Assembly: GCF_009914755.1 (NCBI RefSeq)
Contig: NC_060927.1
DNA length: 64,000 nucleotides
DNA from: the human T2T-CHM13v2.0 reference genome, Homo sapiens
Strand: one strand, 5' to 3'
Each line of letters opens with the position of its first letter. The first letter of the stretch is position 1. The notes below the pieces were generated by a model. It was not told the DNA's origin and did no database searches. It saw only the letters and a program-made list of their open reading frames with translations. Positions 57,500-64,000 of this stretch are shown here, in pieces. The translations under genes and the position numbers were made by a program.

Positions 57500-58059
57500 C
57501 TATGCTTGCATGCTTGAAAATTACAGAAGTTTTTATAAGGAAAATGTATAGTTCAAGGTTACACTAACATCTGATAATCAGGTTTAAAATGTTATACATA
57601 ACAAAAGCTATTATTAAATGTATTAAGTGAATAGACTGGTCTGAGACACATTTTAACAACAGATATTAAGGGTCTGAACTTCATTCAATAAAGAATAAGA
57701 AGTATAATTGTAATGACTGAAGGGAATCATCTTTCATTTGTCCTCTACCTAGTATGCCTAGGAGTATCGTATTTTTTCTCAAAAAAAAAAACTTGATAAT
57801 AGTATCTCTAATGGATTTGTAACTGCTAGATTACGTATCAGACAATATAACTCCTTTAAAATAGAACCATTGTTAAATTTTTAGAGAGCACTCAAGACTC
57901 CTCCATATCATCCTCTCCTAGTGTTCAAGAAATGGTCAAGTCACTCCATCCCCAGGGAGAAGAGTTATACAGGTTTTAGGATTTAGGATAGTAAAATCCT
58001 TGAGCTGTCATGACAATGGGTAATGTTGGTATGCCAAGTTCAATTTGGTGAGATACATT

Positions 58060-58064
<5 letters not shown>

Positions 58065-58112
<48 letters not shown>
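58065..58112. repeat. Pure (TA)24 microsatellite
   Basis: Uninterrupted TA run of 48 bp. Confidence 0.97.
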
Positions 58113-58113
<1 letters not shown>

Positions 58114-59055
58114 TTATGGTCTTTTCTGAGGTTTCCTCCAACATAACCAGAGTTGTGAAAGTGGTGGCCATGTTCTTTGATTTCCTTATTTTTAATCTTT
58201 TTTTATTTTTAATTTTTGCGGGTACATCCTAGGTGTAGAGAACTCTTTTGCTTGCACATTTTTCTATCGAGATGATGGAACTGATGGAAATAATAGCATG
58301 ATCCATTTCCCACGAAAGATGCTCATTAATTTCTAATTAAGATGCTTCTTAATTTCTTATGTTCCATTAGTTAGAACTGATTGTCTTTCTTACTTTTTAA
58401 TTTCCACCACTCTGAAGGAGACAAAGATCTAGGCCTTCTCCTTTTAGAAGTAACCCCTACTATTCTCTATTTTTAATTTAATGTATTCTCTCTTCTCTCT
58501 TTCTCTCCTCTTCTCCATACATATTTCATACATTAAATGTTGCTTTCTACAACACCCTTCTATTTTGCCTGATGTCCCAAGCTCAACAGTCTAGGGTTAA
58601 TGAGCTAAAGCCCTGGTTTATTAAGGGTTGATAAGCTGAACTCTGATGTGGAGGATATGTTTGCATCAATCATTACGTCTTCTCTCTCTTCAGCTCTCCA
58701 TTAAGAATTCAAGGATTGGACTTCATTATTTCCCTACTACCTGATGTAATCAATCTTTTATTTGCCTACATGTCTATCTCTCCTCCTTCCTCACTAGAAT
58801 ACAAACGATAGGAAGGCAGAAGTTTGTATTTTTATTTTCCCTACTGTTCAGAAGGGTGCCAATAAATGGCAGGTGAGTAAACAATAATTGGTGTAAAATA
58901 AATCAGGAAATAAATATAAAACTTTAATTTGAATTTCAATAAAAAACACATTTTCAGATTTCAGACTGCCCAGGATAGGGGAAAGCTGACTTCCTTGTGT
59001 TCCAGCTAAGCACACTGGAGCTCTACCACAGGGTTAACTCAAAACCCAGCTAATA

Positions 59056-59311
59056 GGCTAGGAGTGGTGGCTCACACCTGTAATCCCAGCACTTTGGGAG
59101 GTGGTGGCGGGTGGATCACTGGAGTTCAGGAGTTAGAGACCAACCTGGCCAACATGGTGAAACTGCATCTCTCCTACAAATGCAAAAATTATCCAGGCAG
59201 AAGTTGCAGTGAGCCAAGATTGGCCCACTGCACTCCACCTTGGGAGACAGAGTGAGACTTTGTCTCAAAAAACAAAGAAATAAACAAAAATATAACAACA
59301 ACAACAACAAC
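59056..59311 (+). mobile_element. AluS-like element with internal right-arm deletion and (AAC)n tail
   Basis: AAAAATTATCCAGGC joined directly to AGAAGTTGCAGTGAGC; degenerate TSD AAAACCCAGCTAATA / AAAAGACAGCTAACA. Confidence 0.9.
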
Positions 59312-61529
59312 AAAAGACAGCTAACAATACATTATTGCTTTACTTTCTTTGTGATTATTATCTCAGGATTATCTCAGTTTATGCTGGTTTAAGGATAATG
59401 CAAAATTCAGAATAATACCACATTGATATAAACTATCTAATGGAATATCAAAATATTGTTTTCAAAAAATAGCATAGTTTTTTACGGTTGATAAAGAAAA
59501 CCATAATCATTTTATAAAACACAAAGTAGAAAAGTATAAGAAAAATAAACTTAATTCTAAAATAGAGGAGGAACTTTATAAAATATAATGCTTTTAATTC
59601 AGCCATTTCTCCTAGGCATATTTATATTTTCATTGTCAACTTATTTATAATCTTTTCTAACGTAATTTTTCATGCCATAGCATGAGGAGTGTGGTCCCCA
59701 TCATATGCTGTGTATAACAAAAATTCTAAAGTTTGCATTGGGCACCATATTATCAACTATATTGTATTTATCAAGATCCTAATGTTGGGAATTTTTGTGG
59801 ATGTTGTTTTGGGCTCTAATTTCCATGATTTACTGTCAGTGGTTTGATTAAAAATTATCTACTGAAAACCACTTGATCTTACAGGAAAGAAAAACTAGGT
59901 CCATAATGACTTAATTAACTAACCATCATATTTTGAGAATGAGAATTTTAACTCAAGTGTTTTATTTATTATTCCAGTATTCTTTAAAAATGTACATGGT
60001 CTTGAAAAGAAAAAACAGTTATAATCATGGAAACCTCATATTACTTTTAGAGAAGTGGTGAATTGTAAATAATTTTACAGCAAGATCTCAGTTTATTTGT
60101 AATTAAAATGTATAATTAAGTGCATATTTATAAGATTAAGTAGGTCTAAAATAAGTCAATAATAAGAGATCACTCAGAGACAGTGAGGGGTAACTTCACC
60201 ACAGCCAAATGTTTCTGGGTGTCTAGAAATAAAAAAAAAAAGTCATATTTGTGGAGAAGAGTCAAAGAAGGGTTCTGATCATTGTATTCATCCTTTATTG
60301 GTTTCTCAGCCTGTGACTTTTTCTAGCAATTAGTTCAGTATAGCAATAGTCTGCTATATGCAATGGATAACAACACAAAATTGGGGGGAAAGAATAATTG
60401 TATTTATTTTAAAATGGTCTCAGTGTTCAAGCTCATAATTTTTGGTAATATGTGTTTTGTAATATATGTGTATATGTATATATAACAATTTTATAGCCAC
60501 ATATACATAAATACATGTGTATATATGTTTATGTATATATTTGGATTTATGTTTACATATTTATATATTTATAAATCATATATGTACACATACATAAATC
60601 CATGTATTTATATCTTTTTCCCAAAAATAAATCCAGGTTTAAAAACACAAATTTAAATTGAAAAACATATTTAATATTATTATTCTATTTTAATTTGCTA
60701 GATATTACTTGATACAATGAAACAAAATTAGAGATTCTAATAACTTGTTAAAATAATTAAAATATTAAAATATTAAATACTAAGATCTCCTTGCATTCAC
60801 TGTATTTGAAAATAATCGCAATTTAACTAATACTTTAATTAATTCTAAATTATAAAGAAAACTCCATCAATGCTCTTTGACCTATTAATATCCAGTGATT
60901 ATCCCTAGATAGATGTTAGAGCACTAAATACCAGAGGAACTGAGATAATTAGGTCATAATTTTAAATTTTAGGGTATATTTTCTATTTTTAATTTTATTT
61001 GAAACTGGACAAGCCAGAAAGTAATTGTTAAAAGTGATCTTCAAAGTAAAACAGGTGTTTTGGTTAATAGCTCAACTTTGATGAAAGTCAGTGGGAATCT
61101 TGAAAGCTAATTAAACGTGTAAAAGACACACTTCCTTATGAGAGCTTTACTTTCTCTATAAATTTTTTTTGGAACTGACATATTCACAGCTGGGAAAACT
61201 AAACACCTGCTTTTAAGGGACTCATGAATGTTTAATCCTGATGAGTAGATTGTTCCATTAAGATCCAGGCAAACAGAGCAGATCATGTAAATATGAAAAC
61301 AAAATAATCACTACCCCAGAGGCATTTCTTTATCTTACTTTCCTTTAACTATTCTACTTTTCTACAAAATATTACCTGTATTTTCTACCATCCATGATTA
61401 TATATGTATGTGTGCACACTATGAAAATTAAGGGACATATATAAACCACGAATAAGAATATTTGATATGACTTTTAATCCTTTTCTTAATGTTTAAATAA
61501 TTTACATATTGCATATTAATAAAATCACG

Positions 61530-61760
61530 TCAAAAGTTTTAATGTTAATAAATTGATAAAATTTATAAAATTAAATTAAAAATTTAATTTTTATAAGATT
61601 TAAAATTTATTTAATTTGTATAAGATTTATAAAAATATTTATATATTTTTATGAGTTAATTTATAAAATTAATATTTTATATAATGTATAAAAATGAAAT
61701 ACATATTTTACACAATTTTTATAAAATTTTATTTATATTCTAAAAATTTTATTTTTTGCA
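61530..61760. repeat. Extremely AT-rich low-complexity tract
   Basis: Almost only A/T, with recurrent TTTATAAAAT units. Confidence 0.85.
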
Positions 61761-62729
61761 AATGGCTGAAGTAATTCTGAGTAAAATCATTTTTTCCTTA
61801 ACTTAAAATATAACACTTTCTGTAATCGATTAACTCCTATAATGGATCTAAATTATGCCTAAGTGATATTTGTAAAGCAGGACAGCCATACACAAAATGA
61901 AATATTTTATTTACACCCACCCACAGATTCCATTTGACTAATGTAAACAGAATTAACATACATCACTTAAAAACTGTAAAAAGTTAACAAATAACTTTTA
62001 AGTTCAGAATATAAAGCAGTCTTTTATGAAATAAGAGAGTGTGTGAAAGAGAAACATCTCCAATTAGATGTATTATAAATCATACTTCAATTTAAATAAA
62101 TCAGATTATTGCTCAGTGCTATTTTGTAATCACTCTCTCAATTCTTATTCTATACACTACTAAGAGAGTATAAGTAAAAATAGAAAACAAGCAAAAATAT
62201 CAACAAATTGTATAAATTATTCAATAGTATAGTATAACACCTACTGTAAGTGTATACTGAAAGATGTCTGCCAATCTTTCCACATTTGTTCTATTGTCAT
62301 TGAGTATTGGAGTGGATTTTAAGATATTCATTGGCAAAGGCATAAGACATATAACATCATTTTCTCACATCTTTAATATGGTTTCCTATTAGGACTTTGT
62401 AACAGAATATAATTATATAGTTACTCTGCTCACTTAGTAGAAAACTAGGGTTATAAAAACAAAGTGATCCAGTGGCATCTAAATCTTCAGAAATCTCAAA
62501 GTCAGTAGAAATTAATTTTTAAAAATGCCCTATACCACAAATCCTATCAACTCACTTTGCAAGTATATATTGTATTTGTTCCTTTATTTCCAAATCCACC
62601 ATGGGTACCCCCAAAATACAATACTGTATCTTCTGTCTGACTACAGCTCTAGCTTCCTAGCCATTCTACCTTTATTCATCCTTTTACTCTTACCTATTAT
62701 CCACAGAACAACTACAACTAGAGTGAACT

Positions 62730-62764
62730 TGTGTATGTGTGTGTGTTTGTGTGTGTGTGTGTGT
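62730..62764. repeat. (TG)n microsatellite within an L2 relic
   Basis: Directly visible. Confidence 0.85.
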
Positions 62765-62887
62765 AATTCAGATCACATGATAAAATGATTGACTTGACAA
62801 TAAGAAAAAGCTGAACTCCCTATGGTGGGTTCCACAGTCTTGCCCCTAGTATAAAATGCAATACTACTTAGCAATAAAAAAGAAACA

Positions 62888-63071
62888 GGAGGGAGGCAGA
62901 ACAAGATGTCAGAAAAGAAGGCTCCAGCAATGATCCCCCTAGAAAGCACACCAAATAAACTACTACCTAAACACCAAAGAAACACCTTCACAGGAACGAA
63001 AATCAGGTGATCACTGACAGTACATGTTTTAACTGTATATTGCTGAAAGAGGCACTGAGGAGGAAAAAACA

Positions 63072-63102
<31 letters not shown>

Positions 63103-64000
63103 CAAAACAAAAAACCAGTCATCATATTCCCAGATCTCTTGCTGCCTGAGAAAAGCAGAGGAAAATGTAAAGGGGACTCTGTCTAGTCCCTTAAGTACCA
63201 GCTTAGCCACAGTGAGGTAAAGCACCAAGCAGGCTCTTAGGGGTCCCAATTCCAGTCATTGGTTCTTGGATATCATCTTATGACCTGCCCAAGCACAAGG
63301 GTGAGCTCACTTTCCTGAAGGGTGAGTCCCAACCCAGGCAGTATTCACCAAAAGCTTGGTCCTTAAGGAAACATCTGCAGTAGTCTGGCAGTCCTTTCTG
63401 TGGGCCTGTGGTGGTGTTGGCTCACAGCTTGAGGATAGTCTCCTTTGGTAAAAGGAGAGCAGATTGGGAAAAAACTGCATCTTGTGGTTTCAATGTCAGC
63501 TAAGCCACAGTACAATACAACATGAGGCATAGGTCTAAGGTTTTTACTCTAGTCCCTGACTCCGAGATAGCACCTCTGGACCCACCGAGGGCCTGCTGAA
63601 ACTCACCACCCTAAAAGGAGGGACAGAGATCTGACTAGCTTTAAAACACCTGCTGATTTTAGAGGCCCAGAGACTTGAGTGAACATAGGTGGTAGCCAGG
63701 AAGTGGTTAAAACAAGCCTTGGGCAAGTGCTGTGCTAGCTTCAGGTATAACCCAGCACAGTCATAGTGGTGGTGACCATGACAGTGCTTGTGTCACTCCA
63801 CCCCAAGCTTTAGGTGACTCGGAGCAGAGAGAGGCTCTGTTTGTTTCAAAGAAAGTAAGGGAAGAGATCAGGAATCTCTGCCTGGTAATTCAGCAAATTC
63901 TTCCAGATTTTGTTCAACAGCATCAAAGCAGCTTCACTAGTCTGCAAGAACCACAGTGTTACTGGGCTTATGGTGCTGCCTAATGCATATACAGCTGAGA
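62888..64000 (+). mobile_element. 5' UTR of a second L1M1-type (L1MA/L1PB-age) LINE-1, continuing beyond the window; contains (AAAAC)n at ~63065-63116
   Basis: CAAGATG...CACCTTCACAGGAACGAAAATCAGGTGA...GAGGCACTGAGG is homologous to 10573-10750; the later part matches 11250-11760. Confidence 0.88.

Noticed and set aside
60543-60601. GGATTTATGT...ACATAAATCC imperfect hairpin
   Set aside because: Embedded in TA-rich low-complexity sequence where self-complementarity is expected.

Overview
This is primate genomic DNA, very likely human because it carries a near-consensus AluYd8. It is AT-rich, CpG-depleted and non-coding, resembling a gene desert or a very large intron. I find no supportable host protein-coding gene, tRNA, rRNA or CRISPR array. 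The supplied ORFs are transposon remnants, antisense Alu/L1/LTR frames or microsatellite translations. More than half of the window is recognisable interspersed repeat. It includes a full-length old L1 (L1MA2/3-type, 10573-18018) with an intact 13-bp target-site duplication (TSD), a 3.6-kb antisense L1PA13-like fragment, and a second L1 5' end running off the right edge. Solo LTRs are MER4A, LTR12C, LTR27/28-like, MER41B, THE1, MST, MLT1 and MLT2. There is also a decayed ERV-L pol/dUTPase, seven Alus plus one FLAM, Tigger3 and MER104 DNA transposons, L2/MIR relics and microsatellites. I looked for a new biological system and cannot support one. The best second-look items are structural or regulatory: a ~96%-identical 177-bp local inverted duplication (18911-19519), templated-insertion repair scars (38695-38778, 16607-16632), a MER41B with an intact STAT1/GAS site, an LTR12C promoter pointing into the L1, a very young AluYd8 and twin-primed L1s. 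Subfamily names come from recalled consensus sequences, not a RepeatMasker run. Boundaries of old elements are approximate.
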